From a virus, in IMG/VR virus record IMGVR_UViG_3300043436_004382, positions 1 through 64,000 of that record: a stretch of 64,000 nt of DNA. The stretch is one strand, 5' to 3'. A program made the position numbers and the translations under genes. Every line of letters begins with the position of its first letter. The stretch's first letter is position 1. Under the pieces are notes generated by a model. That model ran no database searches. It worked only from the letters and a program-made list of their open reading frames with translations, and had not been told where the DNA came from. Shown here piece by piece: positions 9,064 to 18,175 of the stretch.

Positions 9064-9801
9064 TTATTCCTCCATTGTTGGTTTCAACCAAATCTTTGTC
9101 ATAAAAATGTATTCAAATAGCGCAGGATACCTCATTAATACTCTGAGAGTTTCGGCAGTATCGTGTTTGAAACATTTAAGTAGTTCTTCCCTGATTCTCT
9201 CAGCTGATACGACTGCCATGAATACTTCATAATCGAAGTGCTTGATGTGCTGATGCATTTCAGCTGTGATTACAAAGCCCTTAGTGATCATGAACCTGAT
9301 CGCTCTTAGGATTCTCAAAGGATCGTCCTTGAAAGTAACCTCGCAAGGTAACGGTGTTCTAAGAACTCCATTTTTCAAATCCTCAATTCCGTTGAATGGA
9401 TCAATCAACGCTCCGTTCTCGTCCTTGGCTATTGCATTGAGCGTGAAGTCACGTCTTTCCAAGTCATCGAATAGAGTTCCTGGCTTGACGATTGGTGTTC
9501 TTGTAAAAGGTACGTATCCAATCTCTTTTCTGGCCATTACGAAATCCGCAACTCCCTGGTACTTGTGACCTTCTGGAAATTTAGCCCTGATCGTATAACA
9601 CTCTGCTGTTACCAAAAAGATCTGAAACTTCTCACGAGTCAAGTAGTCAACCAGAACTTCAAATAGGTCAGCCGCTTCCGGAAATTCTTCAATTAAAGAA
9701 TCCTTGGGCACGGCAACGAAATCAACGTCCTTTGACTGGACTCCAAGAATCTCGTCCCTGACCTTTCCACCAACTTCATAAAATTTAAAAAACGGTTTCA
9801 T
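9064..9801 (-). CDS. tRNA nucleotidyltransferase / poly(A) polymerase head domain (CCA-adding enzyme-like)
   Basis: GGKVRDEILG..DVDF, RRDFTLNAIA and DPLRILRAIRF class II nucleotidyltransferase motifs. Confidence 0.75.
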   Translation of the reverse strand: MKPFFKFYEVGGKVRDEILGVQSKDVDFVAVPKDSLIEEFPEAADLFEVLVDYLTREKFQIFLVTAECYTIRAKFPEGHKYQGVADFVMARKEIGYVPFTRTPIVKPGTLFDDLERRDFTLNAIAKDENGALIDPFNGIEDLKNGVLRTPLPCEVTFKDDPLRILRAIRFMITKGFVITAEMHQHIKHFDYEVFMAVVSAERIREELLKCFKHDTAETLRVLMRYPALFEYIFMTKIWLKPTMEE

Positions 9802-9818
9802 ATTTTTTAATATACTAA

Positions 9819-10487
9819 TTATCGGCCTTCATTTGTTTCATGGTGATCGTTTGGCAAAACCAAGCACCTAACTGGGCGATCCCTCATGATCTTTGCGATC
9901 TCCTGTAGAGAGTAAGGGCTTAGGTCATTACCGTCCATTCCAACGTCCATTGCTTTGCCTGCATGTATTTTATTCTCTGGGCCCAAGTGAACGTGACCGT
10001 GTAGGTGAATGACTCCACGATTCATATCGTGCCAGCTTGCAATGGGATAATGACACATGACCAAGGTCTTTTTAATGACCTCGCCTGGGTTTATTGAATT
10101 GGGTTCGTTTGGAATCGTAAGCTCAAGTCTCAAGTACTCGTGTACCGAACTGAACAACTTTTGGATTCCTCCCTTGTCCCTCTCGATGTGTTGGTCGTGA
10201 TTTCCGAGCAGGAGATGAATGTTCTTACACAGGATTCTCTGCCTAAACTCGGCTATATTCTCGTATCCTCCGAATGACCAGTCTCCCAAGTGGAATAGAA
10301 TATCGTCCTCCCTAACCAGGTGATTGATGTTGTTGATTATCGCCTCATTCATCTGCTCTAAGGTATCGAAATCCCTAGTCTTGCTTGACTCTGGCCAATT
10401 AGAGGTTCCCCTACAGATATTTGAGTGTTTATAGTGAGTGTCTGATGTAAACCAGATACGCTGATGTGGCTGTAATGTAATTTTCAT
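9819..10487 (-). CDS. Calcineurin-like metallophosphoesterase
   Basis: SDTH, LGDWSFGG, GNHD and HGHVH motifs. Confidence 0.7.
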   Translation of the reverse strand: MKITLQPHQRIWFTSDTHYKHSNICRGTSNWPESSKTRDFDTLEQMNEAIINNINHLVREDDILFHLGDWSFGGYENIAEFRQRILCKNIHLLLGNHDQHIERDKGGIQKLFSSVHEYLRLELTIPNEPNSINPGEVIKKTLVMCHYPIASWHDMNRGVIHLHGHVHLGPENKIHAGKAMDVGMDGNDLSPYSLQEIAKIMRDRPVRCLVLPNDHHETNEGR

Positions 10488-10496
10488 AGATATAAT

Positions 10497-10700
10497 TTAC
10501 TCTTCCTCTTGCCAAATTAGACCGTCTCCTTCAATTAAAATGTCGTCAGCTATATCCGCTAACATGTCGGGTGCCTCAATTAGAGCATCATCATTTTGAC
10601 ATATACACTCCCCAGGCCCATGACTTTCAAAGTACTTGGTGAGTTTGGCAATAGCAGCCTCCCTCTTTTCCGGAGTCCAGATTACTTTCCAATTTCTCAT
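10497..10700 (-). CDS. Hypothetical small protein
   Basis: 67-aa ORF. Confidence 0.3.
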   Translation of the reverse strand: MRNWKVIWTPEKREAAIAKLTKYFESHGPGECICQNDDALIEAPDMLADIADDILIEGDGLIWQEEE

Positions 10701-10709
10701 TGATAAATT

Positions 10710-10964
10710 TTAAATTTCATTTTCTTTGCAATACCTCAAGTAGAGAGCCTGCTGCCTGATTCCGAACTCACGAGTCAATAGGTTTGCTGGTGCTCCCTCA
10801 TTCACGACGAATGTGACGTAGCCTGCCATTCGTTGAGCATCAAATTCCTTTACTCGACCTTGCACTTTTCCAGTTGCCGGATCAGCAATCAGTCGAATTG
10901 CATTCGTTAAGTCTTTAGCGGTTTCGCAAAGATTGACCGCTTTAAATTTTTCTAGTTCTGTCAT
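10710..10964 (-). CDS. Hypothetical small protein
   Basis: 84-aa ORF. Confidence 0.3.
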   Translation of the reverse strand: MTELEKFKAVNLCETAKDLTNAIRLIADPATGKVQGRVKEFDAQRMAGYVTFVVNEGAPANLLTREFGIRQQALYLRYCKENEI

Positions 10965-11206
10965 TTCATTTGAATTAAATACTTATTTCTAACTTCAAGA
11001 GCGAGCCGACGTTGAGTGAATGTCGAAGGAGTTTCCATTCCACCTAGCGCTGACACAAAGTGATCAATCTCCTCTTCGGTCGCATGCTCACAGATGTAAT
11101 CATACTCCTCGTCAGTTATGTTAAATGCGGCCTTTATTGCATTATCGAATAGGTCTAGTATTCCACCCTTTGCTGCAAAGTTTATTTCATCTCTTATATT
11201 CTTCAC
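10961..11206 (-). CDS. Hypothetical small protein
   Basis: 81-aa ORF. Confidence 0.3.
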   Translation of the reverse strand: MKNIRDEINFAAKGGILDLFDNAIKAAFNITDEEYDYICEHATEEEIDHFVSALGGMETPSTFTQRRLALEVRNKYLIQMK

Positions 11207-11210
11207 TGTT

Positions 11211-11405
11211 TTATATGTCTTGTTTCAATATTTTTAAAACTTCTTGATTTATTTTTTTCCAATCCTCAAGGGTCACGGGGAACTTTTCATTTTCGGTTCC
11301 GCCGATCGTTATGTCAACGTAATCAGTATGAGCGACAACGTCCATGTACTGACCTGCCGATTCAAAAGATATTTGCTCAACTCTAACCTTGATGCTCGAT
11401 TCCAT
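11211..11405 (-). CDS. Hypothetical small protein
   Basis: 64-aa ORF. Confidence 0.3.
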   Translation of the reverse strand: MESSIKVRVEQISFESAGQYMDVVAHTDYVDITIGGTENEKFPVTLEDWKKINQEVLKILKQDI

Positions 11406-11479
11406 TCTATGCTGGATTTGTTATATTGTGGTGTTTATATATAACCGTTATATTCAATTTTGATAAAATTTTGATTTAT

Positions 11480-11737
11480 TTATAATTTTATACTTCGTTG
11501 TTGTATAATGTCAATCCAAGTTTTTAGTATAGTCGCATTATTTCGATTTGGTTTTCCATTTTCAACTGAAGATAGGTATTTTTGAAAAAAATACTTTAAA
11601 CTATCAACATCAGATAATTTGCAACCTGGTAATGATACATCAACCTCTTTATTATCGAGAATATACTCGTTTTTGTAATCTAATTCGTTCATAATATTAT
11701 TTGTTTGGTTTTTAAAACTTGTACAAAAATTTGTCAT
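11480..11737 (-). CDS. Hypothetical small protein
   Basis: 85-aa ORF. Confidence 0.3.
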   Translation of the reverse strand: MTNFCTSFKNQTNNIMNELDYKNEYILDNKEVDVSLPGCKLSDVDSLKYFFQKYLSSVENGKPNRNNATILKTWIDIIQQRSIKL

Positions 11738-11767
11738 TAATAATATACTATAAAAACAAAAAACTGA

Positions 11768-12286
11768 CTACTCAGTGTAGTCAGTGTTCATGATCTCGAT
11801 TGCATAAGAATTTACGATTGGTCTTCCTGTATTGTAACAACCAAGCGCAACGTCCCAGCCACCGTACTTCTTTTTTAAGTGAGCGAGCAACTTCATTGAG
11901 GTCTCAACGTTAAGCTCTAGATCGGTCAGTAATTTCTTTGATGTAATCTTTTTCTTGCCTCCCCAAATGAAATTTGCAGTTGGCACCTGAATCTGCATGG
12001 CACCATAGGCGTTGGCTGATGAAGTCAATTTTGGATTGTACCTCCAATGAAATGGTCCGCCGTAACGAGTCTCCTTATGAGCGACTCCCATTGCGATTCT
12101 AAACGGTACTCCATATTCGGCAGAGTACTTCTTTAGGTAGTCGTACATTTGGATACACGGTGGAGCGTGTTGAATGTCCATCGCTCCGTCCGGTAGTCCA
12201 TCTGATTCTTGACTCATTTCATAAGCCCACACTGCTCCAAATAGCATGACGCAGAAGAGGATTACTATGGTTCTTAATGAAAACAT
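11768..12286 (-). CDS. Lytic transglycosylase (SLT domain) with N-terminal TM/signal
   Basis: SLT-family signatures GVAHKETRY and AYGAMQIQ. Confidence 0.65.
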   Translation of the reverse strand: MFSLRTIVILFCVMLFGAVWAYEMSQESDGLPDGAMDIQHAPPCIQMYDYLKKYSAEYGVPFRIAMGVAHKETRYGGPFHWRYNPKLTSSANAYGAMQIQVPTANFIWGGKKKITSKKLLTDLELNVETSMKLLAHLKKKYGGWDVALGCYNTGRPIVNSYAIEIMNTDYTE

Positions 12287-12292
12287 CTGAAA

Positions 12293-12661
12293 TTACTTTT
12301 GTGCAGGAACTGCTTGTTTGTAAATACGATTCGCATAGAGATTGAAGATGACCATGCCAACTGAATCTTGATAGATTGAATAGATACCGGTCTTACGGTC
12401 AATCACCAATAGCTCATTTCGTTCGTTAATCGCAACCGATGTAGTCGTTAGCGGTTTGATATTGTCCCATTGGGTCTTATCAACCTTGTTTGTCATTACC
12501 CAGTAATAATAACCAATGAAGAATCCTGCAACTAGTGCAATCACCAGCATTAGTAGGTTACCGAGTTTTTTTGCGAACGCACTTAATTTATCAAGCGCTG
12601 CAGTCAAAATTTGTTTTTTATCCATAACGTAAGTTTTTGGGTTTGATATTAATATACCCAA
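12293..12661 (-). CDS. Membrane protein
   Basis: TM helix LLMLVIALVAGFFIGYYYWVM. Confidence 0.4.
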   Translation of the reverse strand: MGILISNPKTYVMDKKQILTAALDKLSAFAKKLGNLLMLVIALVAGFFIGYYYWVMTNKVDKTQWDNIKPLTTTSVAINERNELLVIDRKTGIYSIYQDSVGMVIFNLYANRIYKQAVPAQK

Positions 12662-12678
12662 AATCTGACCGGATTATA

Positions 12679-13539
12679 TTAATGGCCGTTGGTTGAAGTA
12701 TTATAGAATACAAGACCAGTAACGTTGGTCGTTTTTGTGATAGTTGGAGTTGAGTAGTTGAAAGTTAGAACATCACCACCTCCATTTTCGCCGAATTGAA
12801 TTCTGATTGGATAGTATACTCCAGCAGTCAAAGCAATTGACCCTGAAAGTTCTAACGTTCCATGTAATCCACCGTTATTTACAGTTGCGTTAGAGGTTGT
12901 GAATCCGCTAACTGCATTACTTCCAACCCAAACGTATGAGGCATCATCACTTGATGTAAAAAAAGTATAGGTTTCGGTTGTGGTAGGTTTAAAATAGCCT
13001 AACCATTGACAACTGAACACGGATCCATCGTCCGTTGCTGCTTCCGTAATTGAGGTAGTTTGCACCGAAGTTGCAGGATTTGAGCCAAAGGCTTGAGGCG
13101 TAGCCGTAGCAAAGAAGTTAACGTTATCTAAACTAGGTGTTCCGCTTAATGATCCAAAATAACCAGTATAAGTTGTCTTAAAGAGCCCGGCAGCATAAGG
13201 TATAAAGGTTGTATAGAAGCCGTTTGCTAGCAGCCAGGTTCTGGCTGCGGCTGCCGATGCAAATGCAGTAGTTCCAAATCTTCTAGCTTGACTGTTAGCT
13301 AGGTTCAAGAAAGCCTGATCAGTCAGACCAGCTGACCTCCAAAACTGAGGGTCTGTTCCATTCTGTCTGACTATTAAATATCCGAGATCTTCGTCAGGAC
13401 TCATCCACCAAGTGACTGAACCTGGCCGATTGGACCATATTGTGGTCGGTGTGCCTGTTCCAATCGCAAAGTTTCCGCTTTGAGTCGTTCCGGTGATTGC
13501 TGAGCCTAGATTAATTGCATAAGGTCTATAAGTTGGCAT
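12679..13539 (-). CDS. Virion fibre/adhesin-like protein with a C-terminal PA14-like domain
   Basis: N-terminal domain (..GTGTPTTIWSNRPGSVTWWMSPDEDLGYLI..) is shared with the 18176..19312 protein. C-terminus YVWVGSNA...GVYYPIRIQFGENGGGDVLTFNYS is PA14-like. Confidence 0.5.
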   Translation of the reverse strand: MPTYRPYAINLGSAITGTTQSGNFAIGTGTPTTIWSNRPGSVTWWMSPDEDLGYLIVRQNGTDPQFWRSAGLTDQAFLNLANSQARRFGTTAFASAAAARTWLLANGFYTTFIPYAAGLFKTTYTGYFGSLSGTPSLDNVNFFATATPQAFGSNPATSVQTTSITEAATDDGSVFSCQWLGYFKPTTTETYTFFTSSDDASYVWVGSNAVSGFTTSNATVNNGGLHGTLELSGSIALTAGVYYPIRIQFGENGGGDVLTFNYSTPTITKTTNVTGLVFYNTSTNGH

Positions 13540-13584
13540 AGTTCTAAATACTTTCGGTTATTTATTCACCGCGCCACCGGCAGA

Positions 13585-14580
13585 CTAGGCTTTGATGGAA
13601 TACTGATCGAGCCAGTATTGAATCATTTCATCCAACATTGTTTCAAACGTGTAATCATGAGACCACCCAGTAGCCCTAACCAATTTGCTTGGATCTCCCT
13701 TTAGATCATGAAGTTCTTCAGGCCTAAGAAACTTCTCATCAGTTTTGACCCAGTCTTGCCAATTCAATTCCAGTTTAGAAAAGACGTATTCGCATAGATC
13801 CCTAACCGAATGGGATACTCCAGTTGCGCAAACAAAATCTCCAGGCTTATCCAATTGTAGAATTTCCCACATTGCTCTAACGTAATCCTTGGCATGACCC
13901 CAATCTCGAGTCGCACCCAGATTACCGAGTCTAAGTTCATTAGAAAGACCTAACTTGATCTTCACGGCCTCCTTACACACCTTATTGGTAACGAAATTCG
14001 TTCCGCGTCTTGGAGACTCGTGATTGAACAGGATTCCGTTAGACACGTACATGTTATATGAATTTCTGTAATTTCTTGAAATATTATAAGAAAACACTTT
14101 TGCACAACCGTAAGGGGAAACCGGATTCATTTGAGTCGTTTCTCTTTGGTAACCGTCCTTGTCTATTGAATTACCGAACATTTCTGAAGAAGAGGCTTGA
14201 TATACTCTAGAGTCAGGCTTAATCATTCTTACGGCTTCAAGCAGATTTAGCGTGCTTAATCCAGTTGCATGGGCCGTGTATACGGGTTGATCAAAGGAAA
14301 TCCTAACATGTGATTGAGCAGCTAAGTTATAGATCTCGTCTGGCATAATCTCTTGAACAACTCTGATCAGCGACGACAGATCAGTAACATCAGCATAGTG
14401 AAGTTTAACCCTTGCATAAATATCATCGGCCAATCGGGCCGTTTGATTCTCAGAAATTGAATTTCTTTTTAATGTTCCGTGTACTTCGTATCCCTTGTCC
14501 AATAGGAATTCTGCTAAGTACGAACCGTCCTGTCCGTTTATTCCGGTGATTAGCGCTTTTTTATTTTCTTGCTGTTTCAT
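13585..14580 (-). CDS. gmd: GDP-mannose 4,6-dehydratase
   Basis: ALITGINGQDGSYLAEFLLDKGYEVHG N-terminus and overall similarity to Gmd. Confidence 0.85.
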   Translation of the reverse strand: MKQQENKKALITGINGQDGSYLAEFLLDKGYEVHGTLKRNSISENQTARLADDIYARVKLHYADVTDLSSLIRVVQEIMPDEIYNLAAQSHVRISFDQPVYTAHATGLSTLNLLEAVRMIKPDSRVYQASSSEMFGNSIDKDGYQRETTQMNPVSPYGCAKVFSYNISRNYRNSYNMYVSNGILFNHESPRRGTNFVTNKVCKEAVKIKLGLSNELRLGNLGATRDWGHAKDYVRAMWEILQLDKPGDFVCATGVSHSVRDLCEYVFSKLELNWQDWVKTDEKFLRPEELHDLKGDPSKLVRATGWSHDYTFETMLDEMIQYWLDQYSIKA

Positions 14581-15463
14581 AATTGTCTATAAACCATTTT
14601 ACTGTTTCCTTAAGGCCTTCCTCAATTGGAGTGAATTTAAAATCCGGTAGATAACTCTTTAACTTTGAATTATCTGAAGGTTTTCGGTGTTGACCGTTGG
14701 GTTTCGTTTTATCGAATCTTACTGCACCTTTAAAATTGAATGCATCCACTAGGAGCTCAACAACTTCTGCTATTGAAATTTCTTCTGATGTGCTAAGTAT
14801 CAGAGGTTCAGCCTCATCGTAATTGTCTACCGCCCATTCCGCTAGTCGAGCCACGTCCTTTGAGTATATGAATTCTCTAAGAGGCGATCCATCTCCCCAA
14901 ATAAAGAGCTCGCTATTGTTCTGTTGTGCCTGATAAATCTTGTACATCAACATTGGAATGACATGTCCATGAGTCATCGAAAAATTATCGTTCGGCCCAT
15001 AGATGTTACATGGAATTACTGAAGTGTATTTCACGCCGTACTGTTCGCGATACGCTCTGATCTGAATGTCTGACATTCTCTTTGCATAGGCATAGGGATA
15101 GTTAGATGAGTGAGGTTCGCCTAGATGAATTTTCTTTTCCGTTAATGGATACTCAATTGAGTCCGGAAAAACACAAGTGGAGAGAAATGCTACTAGATTA
15201 GTAACTCCTGCTTTACGAGCCTCCTCAATGACATTGGTGTTAATCATCAAGTTATCATAGAAGTATTCTCCCTTGTAGTTCATGTTTCCGCCAAGACCCC
15301 CGACCTTACCTGCGCAGTGTATGACATGAGTGGGTTTATGAATTTCAAAAGCTTTTGCAGTTTGAGTTGAGTTGACTAGGTCAAACTCTCTACCGATCTT
15401 AACGTCGGCCTCTATCGCTGACCCAACGAGACCGTTGCCGCCAGTTACGAGTAATTTACGCAT
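14561..15463 (-). CDS. fcl: GDP-L-fucose synthase (GDP-4-keto-6-deoxymannose 3,5-epimerase/4-reductase)
   Basis: LLVTGGNGLVGSAI Rossmann motif, YAYAK catalytic motif, adjacent to gmd. Confidence 0.8.
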   Translation of the reverse strand: MRKLLVTGGNGLVGSAIEADVKIGREFDLVNSTQTAKAFEIHKPTHVIHCAGKVGGLGGNMNYKGEYFYDNLMINTNVIEEARKAGVTNLVAFLSTCVFPDSIEYPLTEKKIHLGEPHSSNYPYAYAKRMSDIQIRAYREQYGVKYTSVIPCNIYGPNDNFSMTHGHVIPMLMYKIYQAQQNNSELFIWGDGSPLREFIYSKDVARLAEWAVDNYDEAEPLILSTSEEISIAEVVELLVDAFNFKGAVRFDKTKPNGQHRKPSDNSKLKSYLPDFKFTPIEEGLKETVKWFIDNYETARK

Positions 15464-15490
15464 AGTGAATTAAGTTTTTATATTATACTC

Positions 15491-16627
15491 TCAATCAGCT
15501 AACTGGTTCCAAAAAGGTTTTTGATATTCAGGGCGAATCATTCTCCAAATTGCTTGATCATAATCTTTACCCTGTAACATTGAAAAGACAAGACCTTGAT
15601 ATTCGGTTGGGCAATTCGCTTGAATCCATAGTGCATCCTCCTTTTTGGTATTGAGTGGCTGGCTTAGTAATTCAGCCAAGATCTTTTTTGCATCAATTTC
15701 CTTCATTACAAAAGCAAACTTAAGAGCCCGAATCCAATCTCTAACCCATGAATCAAACTCGTCTGGCACGCTCTCAAGGTATTGACTTAAGTCATCTCCG
15801 TTTCGTAAGCAATCCCAAATGTCAAGGTTAGAAAAATTAGTCAGTAGTCTGTGTAACCTAACGTACTCGTCGAACTTGATCTTTATTCTATAATTGGATG
15901 GGTGGAATCTTAGGACAAAACCCTCCTTTCCAAATTCATTTAGGGCCTTTAGACTGCCAAATAATCCACGATCTATTGTGTTAATTGCGGTAGTAACAAT
16001 ATCCTCTTCAAGAATGCCAGATGAGTGAAATAGAGCTCTCGCTGTTCCCCAATTTACTTCACGACCGTCCATGACGGCTGACAGAAACATGAGCTTTTCT
16101 TCTGCATAGTCAACGACTATCCGGTTCTCAGGATAAATGATTTCACACACATAACTTACAGTCGGATGGAACTTGTCAAGATTGTACTTGGCCTTGAGTA
16201 TTTCAAGACCTGCCTTGGCCTGCTCAGATTCAAAGGATCCTCGAGTTGCCATGTGCCAATCATTGCTATAGTGAAATAGGATTCCCAAAGATCCGTCCAT
16301 TTTTTCTTGCACATAAACGTACTCGTCATGTAACGGAATCTCGCCCTTATGCTCAACTTCTTCGTAATTAAAGAACTTATTGAATCCTCGAGCAACTATC
16401 TTGTCCTCATGATCCAATATCAAGCCACGACACTGCAAAGTTACTGAGTCCCAACGCTGTTCGAATTGGCATTCTCTTGAGTAATTATAAATGGTAAGTG
16501 GAAGCGTCGGATGATCCTTTGCTTCCACTAATCCGTTATCAACATAAGGTTGTATTATTGCTCTAGTTAAGATCATAATCTTTGGTTTTTTCAATTTGCT
16601 GCCACAAGACTCCGTCAAATCCTTCAA
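15491..16627 (-). CDS. RNA ligase 1 (T4 RnlA-like)
   Basis: 378 aa (T4 Rnl1 is 374 aa). Motif I VQEKMDGSLGILF (KxDGSL). TGA stop. Confidence 0.65.
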   Translation of the reverse strand: MKDLTESCGSKLKKPKIMILTRAIIQPYVDNGLVEAKDHPTLPLTIYNYSRECQFEQRWDSVTLQCRGLILDHEDKIVARGFNKFFNYEEVEHKGEIPLHDEYVYVQEKMDGSLGILFHYSNDWHMATRGSFESEQAKAGLEILKAKYNLDKFHPTVSYVCEIIYPENRIVVDYAEEKLMFLSAVMDGREVNWGTARALFHSSGILEEDIVTTAINTIDRGLFGSLKALNEFGKEGFVLRFHPSNYRIKIKFDEYVRLHRLLTNFSNLDIWDCLRNGDDLSQYLESVPDEFDSWVRDWIRALKFAFVMKEIDAKKILAELLSQPLNTKKEDALWIQANCPTEYQGLVFSMLQGKDYDQAIWRMIRPEYQKPFWNQLAD

Positions 16628-16753
16628 TCATGTAGCGACTTACAATATTATAAAATGCCATGACCTCTTTAATCCGGTCTAGGCTCGGTGAAAATGCTAT
16701 TCCGTGCGAGTGGCCTCTAACCTCTCGATACTGTGCTCGGTACTCTATGAAAA

Positions 16754-17074
16754 TCATGAGGTTAGTAATTGAATAAGTAGATAAGACAATTTGTAACCGG
16801 TGAAAGCACCCAGGGCAGAAGGAATTGGAAATACAATTAGCTTTCCTAGGTGAGTTACATATTTAGGCCGATTCACGATTGTACCCATGTAAAAGTAGTA
16901 GGCGATGTATCCAAGCAGTACAGCAATATCCGTTCGAGTCGCAATGAACACGACTAGCATTGCACCAATGAAACCGAATGTGAAGTTGTCCCGGATTCCT
17001 TCCCAAACCTCTTCAGCAGTAGCGTCATTCCAATCTTTTACTATTTGCCTGAATGTTGCTCTCTGTTTTCTCAT
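16754..17074 (-). CDS. Membrane protein
   Basis: Three predicted TM segments. Confidence 0.4.
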   Translation of the reverse strand: MRKQRATFRQIVKDWNDATAEEVWEGIRDNFTFGFIGAMLVVFIATRTDIAVLLGYIAYYFYMGTIVNRPKYVTHLGKLIVFPIPSALGAFTGYKLSYLLIQLLTS

Positions 17075-17487
17075 AACTTAATTTCAAATCGGTCTCTCAT
17101 CTCCTGTACCTTCTCATCGGGTACTCCGTGCACGTTCTTGCCACCATGACGATTCTCAACGATTAAGGAAACTACATGGTACTCGAATTGCTTTGCTAAA
17201 TCTAGATATGCCTGCATCTCCCATTCTCTAGTGAATGTGTTTGACACTATAATTTCCGGATAGTATTGACCTGCACTTAGGTGGTTCTGTTCCATTGCCT
17301 CTTGTACAGATCGACGACACCATTCATGTGCGTCCTTTAATTTTGAACCGTCGAATTTATATTGACCGTCCTCATCATAGAAGAACTTATCGGCTTCAAA
17401 CACTACTCCGCTTGACCACATGTGATTTGCGAAAGTGCTCTTGCCTGAACCTGGAACTCCACGTAGGAGAATTAATACTCTACTCAT
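17071..17487 (-). CDS. P-loop kinase, polynucleotide kinase-like (T4 Pnk kinase-domain-like)
   Basis: LLRGVPGSGKST Walker A in a 138-aa protein adjacent to RNA ligase 1. Confidence 0.6.
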   Translation of the reverse strand: MSRVLILLRGVPGSGKSTFANHMWSSGVVFEADKFFYDEDGQYKFDGSKLKDAHEWCRRSVQEAMEQNHLSAGQYYPEIIVSNTFTREWEMQAYLDLAKQFEYHVVSLIVENRHGGKNVHGVPDEKVQEMRDRFEIKL

Positions 17488-18155
17488 TACTTAGTCTTTT
17501 TTAATACTACTTGATCAATTATACCATACTTAACGGCTTCGTCTGCGGTCAACCAAAAATCTCTAGTTGCGTCTTTCTTAACCTGGTCAGGTTTTTTACC
17601 ACAGTACTTGCCTAGGAGAATGAAGAGCTCATCATTGATTTTCTTCCATTCTTCCATGTCAACTTCAGCATCCTGGATATTTCCGCTGAAACCTCCACTG
17701 GATTGATGTAACATTGTTCTTGAGTGTTTTAGCGAGAATCTCTTGCCCTTTGTTCCTGCACCCAATAACACCGATCCCATCGAAGCGGCCATACCAGTAT
17801 TTACGGTAATAATGTCCGCATTGATGTAGTCCATTACATCGACCATTGAGAGTCCTGACTTGACTGATCCGCCTGGAGAGTCAATGTGCATTGTGATATC
17901 GGCTCCACCGACTGAATCCAGAAACATCAACTGGGCTTGAACAATTGTTGACATGTAGTCATTTACTGGTCCAGCAACCCAAAGAATACGGTCGCGCATT
18001 AATCTGGAAAAAATGTCCATTTGGGTAACGCGTAGTTCGCGCTCCTCTAGGATATACGGCGTCATTGACGCTTCAACTTGTTTTTGGTAATTATGCAAAT
18101 TCAGCGATGACACACCGTGCTCGCTCATTGCGTACTTTTGGAATTCATTCATCAT
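17487..18155 (-). CDS. clpP: ClpP-family serine protease
   Basis: DSPGGSV, MAASMGSVLLGAGTKGKR and TMLHQSSGG ClpP signatures. Confidence 0.8.
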   Translation of the reverse strand: MMNEFQKYAMSEHGVSSLNLHNYQKQVEASMTPYILEERELRVTQMDIFSRLMRDRILWVAGPVNDYMSTIVQAQLMFLDSVGGADITMHIDSPGGSVKSGLSMVDVMDYINADIITVNTGMAASMGSVLLGAGTKGKRFSLKHSRTMLHQSSGGFSGNIQDAEVDMEEWKKINDELFILLGKYCGKKPDQVKKDATRDFWLTADEAVKYGIIDQVVLKKTK

Positions 18156-18175
18156 GGTATTAATATACCAAAGAA

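Noticed and set aside
17487-18155. Calling ClpP the prohead protease that clips the N-terminal tags
   Set aside because: This is plausible but unsupported. T4 uses a different (gp21) protease, and ClpP homologs in phages can also be host-proteostasis genes. Left as a plain ClpP annotation.
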